From Camelus dromedarius (lineage: Eukaryota): a stretch of DNA of 64,000 nt. This document shows positions 51,675-64,000 of this stretch, one piece after another. The stretch's first letter is position 1. Every line of letters starts with the position of its first letter. Position numbers and translations under genes: made by a program. The DNA lies in NCBI RefSeq assembly GCF_036321535.1, contig NC_087436.1, positions 76,882,001-76,946,000 of the forward strand. Reading direction: 5' to 3'. Under the pieces are notes generated by a model. That model had not been told where the DNA came from, made no database searches, and saw only the letters and a program-made list of their open reading frames with translations.

Positions 51675-53515
51675 GCCCACTCTCAGGCCCCCCAAAATCC
51701 ACATGTGTCTCATATGTAAAGTATATTCACACTATCCTGACATCCTCCAAAATCTCAACTCATTACAGCATCAATTCTTAAGTCCAAAATTTCATCTAAA
51801 TATTATCAGCTCAAACATCCCAAATCTCATCATCTACATCAGATATGTGTTAGACTCTGGGGCAAAATTTTTCTTTCTGTGGACATGTAAAACAAGAAAA
51901 CAAGTTACCTACTTCCAAAATAAAATGGTGGGCAAGGCATAGATGTTAGATACAGATAGGAGGGATATTCCCACTCCAAAAGGGAGACGTTGGAAAGAAA
52001 CATAGGGGCCAATTCCAGGTAAGTTAGAAATGCATACGGGAAAATTTCATTAGGTTTTAAGGCCTGTGAATGATACTCTGTGTCTTAATGCTCTGCCCTC
52101 TGGGACTCCACAGGCCTCTGTATAATCTGCAGAGGCTGTACCCTTAGCATCATTACTTTTTCCTTAAAGAGTGGCATATGTTTGCAGTTGCAGTTTTCTG
52201 CTTGAGTAATTTTGGCAGCCCAACAGCTTTCTCTCATTTTGTCCTGTTTCTGCTCTTTTTGGTCCAAACTAGCAGTGTTCCTGCTGACATAACATTCTCA
52301 AAAACCTTGTGGGTCTCCCATGTATGTCACAAGGGTCCACAGCATTAGACATGAGAGCCCTCCAGAAATATTTCCTGGATAACCCCATCTCTGTTTCTGC
52401 TTTCTCCTAAGATGACTGAATGGATCCATGAGTAGCAAGCCTAACTGCTTCAGCAAAAGTTTATCCAGCCATACCCTTGACCTTCTCTCCAGAACATCCT
52501 TCCTTAACAGTGAGTCTCCTAATAGTGCCATCCTCTGAAATCTGGATAGGCCAAGATTCTCCCAAGTCATCAAATGTTGGTTCCTTTTTGTGTAACAGTT
52601 CCTTCCTTAATTTATCTCCTTCCTCCTGCATTTTACTGAGCGGAAAGAAAAAAACCAGGCTGCATCTTCAATACTTTGCTTGGAAATCTCTTCAGCAACA
52701 TATCCAATTTTATCATTTATGATTTCTGCTCTCTCACAACTGTAGAACACAGAGAAGCCAAGTTTTTGCTACTATATAACAATTCTTCCAGTTATATTTA
52801 AAATTCCTTCAGTTTCCAATAATGTGTTCCCCTTTTCCTTCTGCATGCTTACCAGAATTTCCTTTAAAATTCATATTTCTACCAACAGTCTTCTCAAGGC
52901 AACCTAGACTTTTTTCTATTATGTGCTCAAATTTCTTCTAGTCTCTACCCATTACCCACCTGTTATATAAAAGAGCCAGAGATAGCCTCTGTATATTGGC
53001 CTCTAGGTTGTTTACTTCTTCACAGAAGGCTCCACCATCAGCTCCACCAGTGTCACACTCAAACTTTCACATGCCCGGTTGTTTTAAACTTACCCCAAAT
53101 AAGCAGGGTTGTAGCCATGTAAAGCCTGCCTGCTTTGCATGTCCCATAAAATTGCACACAGCCTCTGCTAGCCACAGATGAAACAAACTCTAGATCCTAA
53201 ACTGCTGCTGCCCATTACAACTCTCTGCCTCAGAGACTCCCTTTGGGCTGCTGAGCATCACCAGCACTGCTAACACATTTCCCTCAGGAACTCCCCTCCC
53301 CTCGTCCCTTTCTGAATGGTGGCCCCTACAGCGTGGCCTCTGGACAGCCTCATGCTGTGAGGGATTTCAGCTACTATGCAAATCTGTCAAAGGGTTGCCC
53401 AAATAAAGCCTACTTGTGTGATAAGGATAAAGTGGTGATAAGGATGGGATAGCCACTTTCACATTTTTAGTTGTATGTTACAGCAGCACTCCACTTCTGA
53501 ATACTATAATTCTGT
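51675..53515 (-). mobile_element. MLT1 internal sequence, interrupted by another LTR
   Basis: Contiguous with the LTR; AACTCATTACAGCATCAA; end GTTACAGCAGCACTCCACTTCTG. Confidence 0.8.
52961..53420 (+). mobile_element. Nested LTR (MER73/74-like, tentative)
   Basis: Begins TGTTATAT, has AATAAA at about 53402, and splits the MLT1-int motif CCCATTACCCA...AGCCACTT. Confidence 0.6.
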
Positions 53516-53613
53516 CTTCTTGAGAATGTCACAGAAATAAAGACAAGAATATGTAACCTTTTCAGATTAGCTTCTTTCACTTAGCTTAATACCTTTAAGA
53601 ATCATCCAAGTTT

Positions 53614-53774
53614 CACTTTTTTTTCTTAAGGAGTCTTTTTTTCGGGGGTGAGGGGGAGTAGTTAGATTGATTGATTCATTGATTCATTATTTTTTTCAAT
53701 GGAGGTACTGGGGATTGAACCCAGGACTTTCTATATGCTAAGTACACTCTCTACCACTGAGATATACCCTCCCC
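53614..53774 (-). mobile_element. tRNA-derived SINE (camelid vic-1-like)
   Basis: GGAGGTACTGGGGATTGAACCCAGGAC...CTCTACCACTGAGATATACCCTCCCC; perfect TSD CATCCAAGTTT at 53603-53613 and 53775-53785. Confidence 0.93.
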
Positions 53775-54123
53775 CATCCAAGTTTTTCTATACATCAGTA
53801 GTTCATTCCTTTTTCTTCTGAGTAGTATTCCATTGTGTGTATGTATCAAAGTGATTTATCCATTCACCCACTGAAAGACATTTTGGTTGTTCTTAGTTTT
53901 TGGTAATGGTGACTACAGCTGCTATTAATGTTACTGAATAAAATTTTGTGAATATCAGTTGCGTTTCTTTTGGGTAAAACGCTAACAATGGGATTTCTAG
54001 GTCCTAGAAATGTATTTTAACTTTATTTTTAAAAAAAAATTAAACTTTTCCAGAGTAACTGAATGATTTCACATTCCCACAGACAATATATGAGAGTTCC
54101 ATTTCCTCTGTATCCTTGTCAGC

Positions 54124-54488
54124 TGCTGCAGACAAAATGTTTGCGTTCCCTCTAAAATTCGTATGTTGAGCTGGAATCCCCTATGTGATGGTATGTGGAG
54201 GTAAGGCCTTTGGGGAGTAATTAGGTCACAAGAGTAAAGCTCTTAGGAATGGAATTAGTACCCACATAAGAAGAGACGGGATAAAAATGTTCTTTCTTTC
54301 TGCCATGTGAGGATACAGTAAGAAGGTAGCCATCTGCGAGCCAGCAAGAGGGTTCTCATCAGAACCGGACCATGCTGGCACCCTGATCTTGGATTTCTAG
54401 GACCCAGAACTGTGAGAAATAAATTTGTGTTGTTTAAGCCACGAGCTCTTTGGTATTTTTCTTATAGCAGCCCAAGCAGACTCATGTA
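54124..54488 (+). mobile_element. MLT1A-like solo LTR nested in L1
   Basis: AAAATTCGTATGTTGA; CATGCTGGCACCCTGATCTTGGA; CAGAACTGTGAGAAATAAATTT. Confidence 0.88.
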
Positions 54489-57400
54489 CTAGTACTTGCT
54501 ACTATCAGTATTTTCTTCTTTAACCATTCAAACATTGAAAACCATTATAGTTTTAATTTTCATCTCTGCAGTGTCTAAAGATGTAGAACGTGTATGCACT
54601 TACTATCCTTATGTCCTGATGGGCGAATATTTGTTCAGACCATTTACTCATTTTTAATCAGGCTCTTTATTTTCTTACTGTTGAGTTTTAAGAGTTCTTT
54701 TTCTATTTTGGATACAAGTCGTTCGTTAATATATGATTTGCAAATGTGTTCTCCTGGTTTGTAGCTTGTTTTTGCATTCTCTCAATAGTGGCTTGTTCAC
54801 AGAGGAAAAGTTTTAAATTTTTATTAAGTCCAAGTTACTTTTTTCTTTTATCAATCATGCTTTTAGTATCATGATTAAGAACTCTTTGTCTAACCCTAGG
54901 TCATGAAGATTTACTTCTATGTTTTCTTCTAAAAGTTTTATAGTTTTAGGTTTTGCATTTAGATCTATGATGTATTTTGCATTAATATTAATGTAGTAAG
55001 TGTGAGACTTAGTTGTCTTCTTTTGTTTTTGCATATGGATGTCCAATTGCTGCAACACAATTTATTGAAAAACTTACTCTTTCTCTATTTAATTATTTTT
55101 GCACCTTTGCCAAAAATCAAATAGTTGCACCTGTATGGCTCTATTTCTGGACTTTCTATCCTATTCCATTGATCTATTTGTCTATTCTTTGCTAACACCA
55201 CAGTTTTGATTACTTTAGCTTTATAGTAAGTCTAGAAGTAAGGAACTATAAAGTGTCCAAATTTATTCTTATTTTTCAAAATTTTTTTAGCTATTCTATT
55301 TTCTGTCTTTCTATATAAATTTTAGAATTGTCTATATCTACAAAATATCCCTCTGTAATTTTAATTATAAATTTGTTAAACCTTGGATTAATTTAGGAAA
55401 AACTGACAATGTTCCTATATTGAGTATTAGAAACCATGAATAAGATATATCTCTCTATTATTTAATGTTCTCTGATTTCTTTCATCAGCGCTTTTTAGTT
55501 TTCAGTATAAAGATGCTGCAGTTTACTTAGATTTATTCATATGTATTTCCCTTTTATCAGGAGCTTTTGTAATTAAAAAAATTTTTTATCAGTGACCTTG
55601 TTTAACTCACACTTTTATCCTAGGATTTTAGGATTTTACAAATAAATTCCCAGGAATTTTTATGTTGGAAATCATGTCATCTGTAAATAGGGACAGTTTG
55701 CTTCTTTCTTTCTACCCCATGCATCTTTTATTTCTTCTTCTTGCCTTATTGCAATGGATGGAGGATGTTCAGTAGTAATGGTAAGAGCAGACATTCTTGT
55801 CTTTTTCTCAGTCATAGAAAACATTCATTTTATCAGCAGCAAGTACAATGTTAGCTGCAGATTGTTTATAGTTGTCCTTTAACAGGTTGAAGAAGTTCTC
55901 CTCTATTCCTAAACTGCAGAGAGTTTTTATCAAGAATGGATGTTGAATTTTGTCAAATACTATTTCAGGATCAACTGACATGATCACGTGGGTTTTTCTT
56001 CTTTAGGTTATTGATATGGTCGATTAGCTTGATTAGTTTTCAAATATTGACCCAGCCTCACATTCCTTGTATAAACTCCATTTTCCTTTAGTGTCACTTT
56101 CATTTTATATATTGCTGGATTCAACTTACTAATATTTTATTGGAGATTTTGTGTCTATGTTCATGAGGAATAAAGATCTGTGCGATTATTTTACCTATAT
56201 TGCCTTTGCCTGGATTTCATATCCAGTCTCATAAAATGAACTGTGAAATATTTCTTTCTCCTTTTTGGCAGAAATTATGTAGAATTGGCATTACGTCTTC
56301 TTTAAACATTTGGTAGAATTCACCAGTTAAGACACTTAAAAATGGAGATTTATTTTTCAGAAAGGTTTTTTGTTTATTTTGTTTTTTACTATGAATTCAA
56401 TTTCTTTAATAGTTGTAGGACTGTTCAGGTTGTCTATTTCATCTTAGATGAGTTTTGATAGTTTGTAGTTTTTAAGGACTTGGCATTTCATCTCATCTGC
56501 TGAATTTGTCAAGTTTTCACAGTATTAGCTGAGTACCCTTTTAATGTCTACTGAGTGTCTTCCATTGCTGACATTAGAAAATTTTTCTTTTTTCTTTGTC
56601 AGTCTTCCTACAGGCTTGTCATTGAACCAGCTGTATATTTATTAATTATATTTATTATTTCTTTTAAAATTTGCTTTGATTTCTGTTCTTATTCTATTAT
56701 TTATTTCCTTTGGCTTCTTTTGGGTTTATTTCCCCCTTTTTCATCTGGTTTAAGATGGAACTTAGATAATTGATTTGAAACCTTTTTTTTTTCCTAATAT
56801 CACAATCTTATAAATTTTCATCTCAGCACTACCTTAGCTACATTCCACAAATTTGCTATGTATTTTTATGTTCCTCCATTTCAAAATATTTTCTAATTTT
56901 TCTTGAAATTTCCTATTCGATACATGAGTTACTTAGACATGTGTTGTTTAACTTGAAGTGCCTGGACAGTCTCCTGTTAACTCTCTGATATCTGTTTCTT
57001 AAGTATCTTTCTGATATCTATTTCTTGCTTAGTGTGGTCAGAGAACATAGCTATTATTATTCTGATTATTTTAAGTTTGCTAACTTTGTTTTATGTTCCA
57101 GGATATGATGTATCTTGGTGAGTATTCCATGTGCATGTGGAAAGAATGTATATACTACTGATGTTTGGTTGAGTGTTCTATAAATAAAAATTAAATACAG
57201 TTGTTTGATAGTGATTTTAGTTATTCTATGCCTTTGCTGATCTTTCTACTTGTTCTTCTATTACTAAAGAGGAGTTTCTGAGTCTCTAATATAATTGTAT
57301 ACTTGTCTAGTTCTTCCTGTACTTTTTTCAGATTTTGTTTTGTGTGTTTTAAAGCACTGTTATTAGGTTCATACAGATTTAAGATTATTGGGAATGACTG

Positions 57401-57502
57401 AAAATTTGTCCTTTTTATTGTTACATAATGAATTTTTTATCCCTGGTATTTCCTTATCTATGAAATCTGTGTCTGCTATTAGTATAGCCACTATAGCTTT
57501 CT

Positions 57503-57556
57503 TTTTTTTAAAACTTTTTTTATTGAGTTATAGTCATTTTACAATGTTAGGTCAAA
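57503..57556 (-). mobile_element. 54-bp extreme 5'-truncated young L1 tail
   Basis: T-rich tail plus ATTGAGTTATAGTCATTTTACAATG; perfect 14-bp TSD CACTATAGCTTTCT. Confidence 0.88.
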
Positions 57557-57859
57557 CACTATAGCTTTCTAATGATTAATGTTTTCAGGCATACTTTTAT
57601 TATCTTTTTACTTTTAATCTATCTACATCATTATATTTGAAATGATTGTTATATAGACAACATAAATTTTGTTTGTTCCTAATCCATTCTGACCATCTCT
57701 TTATTTTCTTTAATGTGTTTAGGCCATTTGCATTTAATGTGATTATTGATATGTTTGCATTTAGGTCTACCATTTTATTATTTATTTTTTGTTCATTCAT
57801 CTGGTTTTTGTTTCTCTGCTTTCCCTTTCCTGACTTATTTTGGTTTATTTAAACTTCTT

Positions 57860-58060
57860 TTTTAAATTGTCTGTCTTTTTTATTATAGCCATACTAGGTG
57901 TGTGTGAAATGGTAGCTCATTGTGGTTTTGATTTGCATTTCCCTAGTGACTAATAATACTAAGCATCTTTTTATGTGCCTATTGGTCATTTTTCCATCTT
58001 TTTTAGAGAAATATCTATTCAATTCCATGCTTATTCTTTATTTGGATTATTTATCTTTCT
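57860..58060 (-). mobile_element. L1 ORF2 3' fragment
   Basis: CTCATTGTGGTTTTGATTTGCATTTCCCTA. Confidence 0.8.
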
Positions 58061-58182
58061 AGTCTGGGGTGCCATGGTACCAGCAGGATTCTCTTCTACT
58101 CTTTCCTCGACTACACTCAGCTGTTAAACTCTACTAACTTCTGGCCTATTGTGCCAATGTTTTCAACAGTGCCTTTGCATTA

Positions 58183-58861
58183 GAGAAATAGAAAAAAAAA
58201 TTCTAAAATTTGTATGGAACTACAAAAGACCCTGAATAGCCAAAGCAATCTTTAGAAAGAATAACAAAGTTGGAGGCATCACATTTCCTGATTTCAAACT
58301 ATATTACAAAGCTATAATAATCAAAGCAGTACAGAATGGCATAAAAACAGACATATAGACCAGTAGAACAGAATAGAGAGTCCATAAATAAATAAGTATG
58401 CATAAACTATTAACCAACCTTTGACAAGAGTGCCAAGAACCCACAATGGAAGGGGGATAGTCTCTTCAATAAATGACGTGGGGAAAACTGGATATTTCCA
58501 TGCAAAAGAATGAAACTGGAAACCTATCTTACACTAGTCACAAAAATTAACTTGAAATGAATAAGCCTTAAATGTAAGGCTTGAAACCCTAAAACTCCTG
58601 GAAGAAAACATAGGGAAAAAGTCTCTTGACATTGGTCTTGGCAATGATTTTTTTGATATGACACCAAAAGCACAGGCAAGAAAAGCAAAAATAGACAAGT
58701 GGGACTACATCAAACTAAAAAGCTTCTGCACAGCAAAGAAAACAATCAACAAAATGAAAAGGCAACTTATAGAATGAGAGGAAATATTTGCAAACCATCT
58801 ATTTGATAAGTGGTCAATATCCCAAGTATATAAGGAACTCCTACAACTCAATAGCAATCAC

Positions 58862-58892
<31 letters not shown>

Positions 58893-59915
58893 TGATTTCA
58901 AAATGGAGAAAGGACCTAAATAGACAGGTACACAAAAAGATGCTCAATAGACAGGCACATAAAAATACAGTCAACATCACTAATCATCAGGAAAATGCAA
59001 ATCTTAACCATAGTGAGATGTCACTTCACACCTATTAGGATGGCTACTATTCAAAAGACAATAGATAACAAATGTTAGTGGAAATGTGGACAAGAAGGAA
59101 CCCTTATATACTGTTGGGGGGAATGTGAGTTTAGGTAAAGCTGTTATGGAAAACAGTATGAAGGTTACTCAAAAAATTAAAAATACAACTACCATATCCA
59201 GAGGAAACAAAATCAGTATCTCAAAGAGATATCTGTATTGCCAACATTCACTGCAGTATTACTCACAATAACCAAGTTATGAAAGCAGCTTAAGCATCTG
59301 TTGATGGGTGAATGGATCAAGAAAATGTGAGATAGATAGATATCATATATACACATATATATGTACATATGATATATATACATATAATACCATTCAATCA
59401 TTAAAAAGAAGGAAATCCTGCCATTTTTGCAATAGATGGAATTGGATGACATCATGCTAAGTGAAATAAACTAGACAGAGAGAGACAAATGCCATATGAT
59501 CTCACTCATATGTGGAATTTTAAAAAAGAAGTTGTACGCATAGAGACTGAGAATAGAATGGTAGACTCTAGGGGATGGGGAGCAGGGGTGGGAGAAATAG
59601 GGAGAAGTTGGTCGAAGAATACAAACTTTCAGTTATAAAATGAATAAATTTTGAAGATCTAATGTACAGCATAGTGACTATAGTTATTAATGCTCTATTG
59701 TGTACTTGAAATTTGCAAATAGAGTAGATCTTAAGCATTCTCAATAGATAAAGGTAACTGTATGAGGCAATGAATGTTTTAGTTAACTTGATTGTGTTAA
59801 TCATTTCACAACATCTACATATATTAAATCATCACCTTCTACATGTTATATGTAGAATTTTATTTGTCAGTTATACCTCAATAAAACTAGGAGAAAAATT
59901 AAAAACAAAACAAAA
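58183..59915 (+). mobile_element. L1MA8/9-like 3' portion (ORF2 end and 3'UTR)
   Basis: GGAGGCATCACATTTCCTGATTTCAAACTATATTACAAAGC; GATCTAATGTACAGCATAGTGACTATAGTT; A-rich tail. Confidence 0.9.
58862..58891. repeat. (CAT)10 microsatellite
   Basis: Read directly. Confidence 0.95.
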
Positions 59916-59919
59916 AGCC

Positions 59920-60922
59920 AAAGAGTTCCAGGAGCAGAGTTCCTCTACAAACTAATCCAATCATATTGTGACTCCTTTAGATGGAACAGTTTCTGAGGCT
60001 AGTGTTTGATACCTCTTTCCAGCTCTTATTCCTGGATTCTCTCATACAAACTACTGGCTTTACAATCTAGGCTATATTTTTAATAGGTTCACAAATCTCC
60101 CCCCAGTTGCCTTTTACTACAACCTCTGCTGTTCTTGAAAGTAGCCCTTAGGTTTAAACTTCACCACTCTGTTGCAGATAAAGTCAGTTCTTTCAGGAAA
60201 AGATTACAAGCTATCTGCTTCATGACCTGATTCTTTCCATCTCCCCTCCAACAGGCAAAATTTCTGAGCCAGGGCTCTGGAGCCGGGGGTGGGAACAATG
60301 GCAAGGTTCTCTCTGAGTGACACCCCTGTTCTAGGAGCTGAGTGCTTGGTAGGGGAATGGGAGTGGGGGTAGGCAGCAGCCTGCAGTCCTCTCAGCTTGC
60401 TTCTCCTGGAAAGGAATCTCAAGGACTAGGAAGAGGGCTATCTGAGCCCTAGGATTCTCAAGACACCACACCCAAAGGAGAACCTTCATTCCACAAGTAA
60501 GGGTTGGGCAGAAGAAGGAAGTTGCATCTCCTAACCACATTCATGTGGGACTTAGCCTCAGCAACAGGCAGCTAGAGGCAGGATGAGAAAAGCAGAAATC
60601 CTACTCCTCTTGCAAAGAAAATCCTCCAGTTGGGAGCTGGTGGGTAGAGGGGGTGCTGTGTTCTTGGCCACAGCAGTCTGGAGTCTGTCTCACTGAGTTG
60701 GGAGCGGGGTTTGGAAGGGAGTGGTCTTAGTTCAAATACCACAGACTCTCACTTTTTACCAAATTTTCATAGATTTTCTTGAATAGTTATTCTTCATTTG
60801 CTGTTTGCCTTTAGGACCATTTTCAGAGGCTTTAAATGACTGGCCTTTATATACATAATTTTCAACAGTTTCACTGGGAAATTGGTCCACAGAGTTCCCC
60901 ATGCTATCATGCCAGAGGTTGA
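59920..60922 (-). mobile_element. Probable 5'UTR of the old L1M
   Basis: GC-richer tract ending GGTCCACAGAGTTCCCCATGCTATCATGCCAGAGG, resembling an old L1M 5' end in reverse. Confidence 0.55.
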
Positions 60923-61769
60923 TCTATTTCATTTATACTCATTGCTTAGTTTTATATGTTGCTTCCAAAATTATTCATCTTTGCTTCTCACTCTTAATTT
61001 TCAGGGTTTTTTTCTAATTTGTTAATCTGTTTCTCTCCATTAAAACAATGGCTACTAATTTTACTTCAGGCCTACCAATTTTTCAAACTTAGTTTCTAGG
61101 AGATTCAGAAACGAGGCTTTTAATTGTGCTAATTATCTAGAGTAAACACTCAAGACTCTGATACTACTTATAATTTTATCTAAAATTAGAAAAGAGAATA
61201 TGTTTCTTTACCGTTGTTTTTCATTGTCTTGTCTCTGGGTTTGTTCAGATATAGGTGGAAAGGACAGGGACGGCAAAATTGGAAAGAGGAAAGATTACTT
61301 CAATCTGAAGTCCACACAGACTCTGAACTCAAGAAAAGGCATTAGTAGGGTTTCCTGTTGCTGTGAGGTTGATTTGTTATAAAGCAGTCACTTTTTGCTG
61401 AATACTGGCTGGCTTCCTTGAAAGCAACAGCCAGCAAGTGACTAACCGGGTCTAGCAAGACTGATCCTGACACAGGAAGCCACAAAATGATGAGAGACCT
61501 GGGGAAGCCCAAAGGAAGTCAATAGGGCGTACTCTAAAATTCTTCCAGGTCTTGGCTTACAAAGCCTGCCAAGACTTCTGGAAACCTTTCATGAGTGCTA
61601 GTAGGAACTTTCAGCCAAAGGGCTCTGAGAGATGATTCTTAAAAACTTGGATGGTTAGGTTTACAAAGCCTCTTAAGTTTTTACTTCCCATTGGAACTAT
61701 GCTTTGCAAAGATGTTTGCAGGGAGGGTTCTCAGACAATCTTATTGCTGAATAATAATAATGGTGTGCT

Positions 61770-62215
61770 AATTATTCTCCCTTTGTCTCCCCAAGATCCA
61801 TTCTCCAGCCTTCTATGCCTGACTCAGTGTCCTCAAAAGCTGACCCATGCAGATTCATCATCATGCTTCCAGTAGAGTGCCACCTAGTTTCCAGTTGGGT
61901 TTGGCCAATGGAAGATATCAACGTGAAATTGGAAGATGTGAGAAGGGAAAGACTGGAATGTTTCACCCCTGCTCCCTCCTTGCTATGCCGCTACCTCTCT
62001 GGCAACAGCCATGTTCCTATGACTCTCACTGGGCCCCTTCTCTAAGGTTCCAGTACTACTGAGTTCCAGAAACACTAATTCTCCTAAGAGCTTCTCAATG
62101 CACTGTTTCTGTGCTTCATCATCTCACTTGTTCCATAACCATGCTTACATCTTTTTAAGCAGTCTCTTCATATGACCCATTTGGACTGAATTCTGTTTCC
62201 TGCTGGGTCCCCCAA
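61770..62215 (+). mobile_element. LTR33-like ERVL LTR
   Basis: CAGTTGGGTTTGGCCAATGGAAG; terminal TCTGTTTCCTGCTGGG. Confidence 0.75.
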
Positions 62216-62269
62216 AATTACCACCTTTAAAAACCTGTCATTATTTCTAAGTTTCAACGTAACCCTGCA

Positions 62270-62395
62270 AGGCATTATTAACATTATTAACCCATTTACA
62301 GATAAGGACATAGACTTAAACAAGTAAAATACCCAAAGTCACACATCCAGTGAGTCACATAGTTGGGATTAAAACTCTAGTCCTTCCTATGAGCC
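62270..62395 (-). mobile_element. MIR fragment
   Basis: CCCATTTACAGATAAGGA..CCCAAAGTCACACA. Confidence 0.7.
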
Positions 62396-62415
62396 ATTTT
62401 CCTTGTTTCATTGAA

Positions 62416-62421
<6 letters not shown>

Positions 62422-62448
<27 letters not shown>
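62422..62448. repeat. PolyA run (27 nt)
   Basis: Read directly. Confidence 0.9.
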
Positions 62449-62734
62449 TTGGGTCTATACTTTCCTTCCAAAAACTAATTTTATTTATATATGTCAGATT
62501 TTGTGTCTGCTGTCTTATGAACATATTGATTAAGCTTGAGGCCTTATTTTGAAATAGAATCTGATGAAATTCACAAAGAAATTGCTAAATTCAAGTACAG
62601 TATCCTGACTGGTAAGTTTTAATGTCTATAATAAAAACAAAAGATTTTTATTTAAAACAATGATAAAGCTTGATCATCTGCTCTTGCCTGGTGCTAAAAT
62701 TAGTCTTCCTTGCCCTGAGTTTTTGGTTAGAAAC

Positions 62735-62990
62735 CCTTGGTCGCAACTCAACAACCATTCCTAATTCTCTTCTCCCTACCTTTTTACATTTTAAAGGTTA
62801 ATTCTCCCAGACTTCTTGCAGTTATCTATGGCCAGATGACCCAGGTCTGGCTAATAAAAAGTAAAAGTACTTCCTTCACACAAAAGGAAAGAACAACTTT
62901 TCTTTGCCCCGACCCTTTCTTCATGCTTAAAACAATAGTGTGATGCCTGGAATTAGAGCAGTCATCTTGTGATCATGAGCCAGCAGCATA
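62735..62990 (+). mobile_element. Old MLT1 (J/K-like) fragment
   Basis: CTCCCAGACTTCTTGCAGTTA; GTGATGCCTGGAATTAGAGCAGTCATCTTGTGATCATGAG. Confidence 0.55.
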
Positions 62991-64000
62991 AGTTATGCCC
63001 CAAATATTTCACAGTATACATTTATACTAAAAAGAGTATTAAAATTTTATATATAGTATATATGTGTATATATTCAATAAAGAGCTGTTATGCTCAAACA
63101 CTGAGTTCCTCAAACCTCTGAGTTTTGTTGTTTTTAAATTGAATGGGCAAAAAGAATATTTATAAAATATGTACATGGCATAAAGGAAAACAATACACTG
63201 ACCATCTAGGTAACCACAACCCAGCCTAATCAAAAAGGACAACCTCAGAGGCAACCCCTATTCTAGATTTTGTTTATCCAGCCTTGGCCGTTTTAATAAT
63301 CCCCTTGCTTTCCTTTATCTCTCTCTTTTGAAAGTCCAGGAATTGAAATAAGATCTTTACCCATTTTTTTGCTCATATTAATATATGCAATATTTTAGTA
63401 CCCCAAACACATTTACTTTTTAAGATGCAGTAAAGATAACCTAACAGCCTACCTCCCTCCACAAATTACAAGGCAAAGAGAATGGTGCAACGTTAAGAAC
63501 AGGAAGGTGCTTTTTATATCAGTGATCAGAAAGCCTTGAGGATGGCAGGAAAGTTCATCTTTTCAGAGCTAGTTAGATAAACAGAGGTACACATGGCAGG
63601 GCAGGGGTGAGGGGAGAGAGAGACGGCAGGAGGGAGAAAGAGGTCTTATAGTTAAGGGAGTGGGGATTGATCTTTGTGTGTTTTCAGAGGAGCAACTTCA
63701 GCTTGAGGTTTCTGAAGGGGTTCCCCTGCCCCTCCCTTAGCTCATCCCTAGGCAGGCAGACCCCTGCCCAAGCCTCCCTCCTGAGATCCTGCATATGTTT
63801 TCTTGCTAAATGACTTTTCGCACCGTTATCTCCTCACGGGATACATCTGTTGGGTGCCTCGCATCCTCAACTCCGCTTTCATCTCTTGGTATCTCAACAA
63901 ATTGTTTCCTCCAGTCCTGGTGCCAGGGTGGAAGGGAGCCATCCCGTCCGGCCGAGCTCTGGGATTGGCAGCGAATGAATGATTGGCAGTGGGCATCTCT

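Larger units (their letters stand above)
53520..57855 (-). mobile_element. Old L1M, 3'UTR through ORF2 N-terminus, decayed
   Basis: ORF-track peptides 54855-55058 (KTIKLLEENI..LHDLGL) and 57600-57800 (ISIITLNANGLN..WI..CCL) are L1 ORF2 motifs. Confidence 0.9.

Noticed and set aside
57600..57800. Endonuclease-like peptide
   Set aside because: Decayed L1 ORF2 N-terminus, not a host gene
60350..60375. G-quadruplex candidate
   Set aside because: Only three runs of three or more G, and it lies within a probable L1 5'UTR
1..64000. Prokaryotic-type systems (CRISPR, operons, defence islands) or an intact retroelement
   Set aside because: Mammalian repeat-rich DNA with no repeat-spacer arrays or long ORFs; all retroelement coding remnants are disrupted

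Overview
Mammalian non-coding genomic DNA, AT-rich and CpG-depleted. The tRNA-derived SINEs and young L1 3' tails look camelid-like (Cetartiodactyla). I found no credible protein-coding gene, RNA gene or CRISPR array; the ORF-track entries are chance ORFs or decayed transposon remnants. Much of the window is interspersed repeat: young L1 3' ends with target-site duplications (TSDs), three SINEs with TSDs, old L1M elements, MIR/L2, MaLR (MLT1) and ERVL LTRs, a decayed ERVL internal region, MER58A/MER5A/MADE2 DNA elements and microsatellites. The best non-repeat signals are a CpG-retaining GC-box patch near 16.1-16.6 kb, a minus-strand exon-like segment at 14.3 kb, a triple octamer at 6.47 kb, several RFX X-box-like palindromes, and a tandem AG|GT splice motif with a U1-mimicking hairpin at 26.7 kb. 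None of these shows a new biological system; they are leads only. Repeat subfamily names come from my recall of consensus sequences, not an alignment, and most repeat boundaries are approximate.
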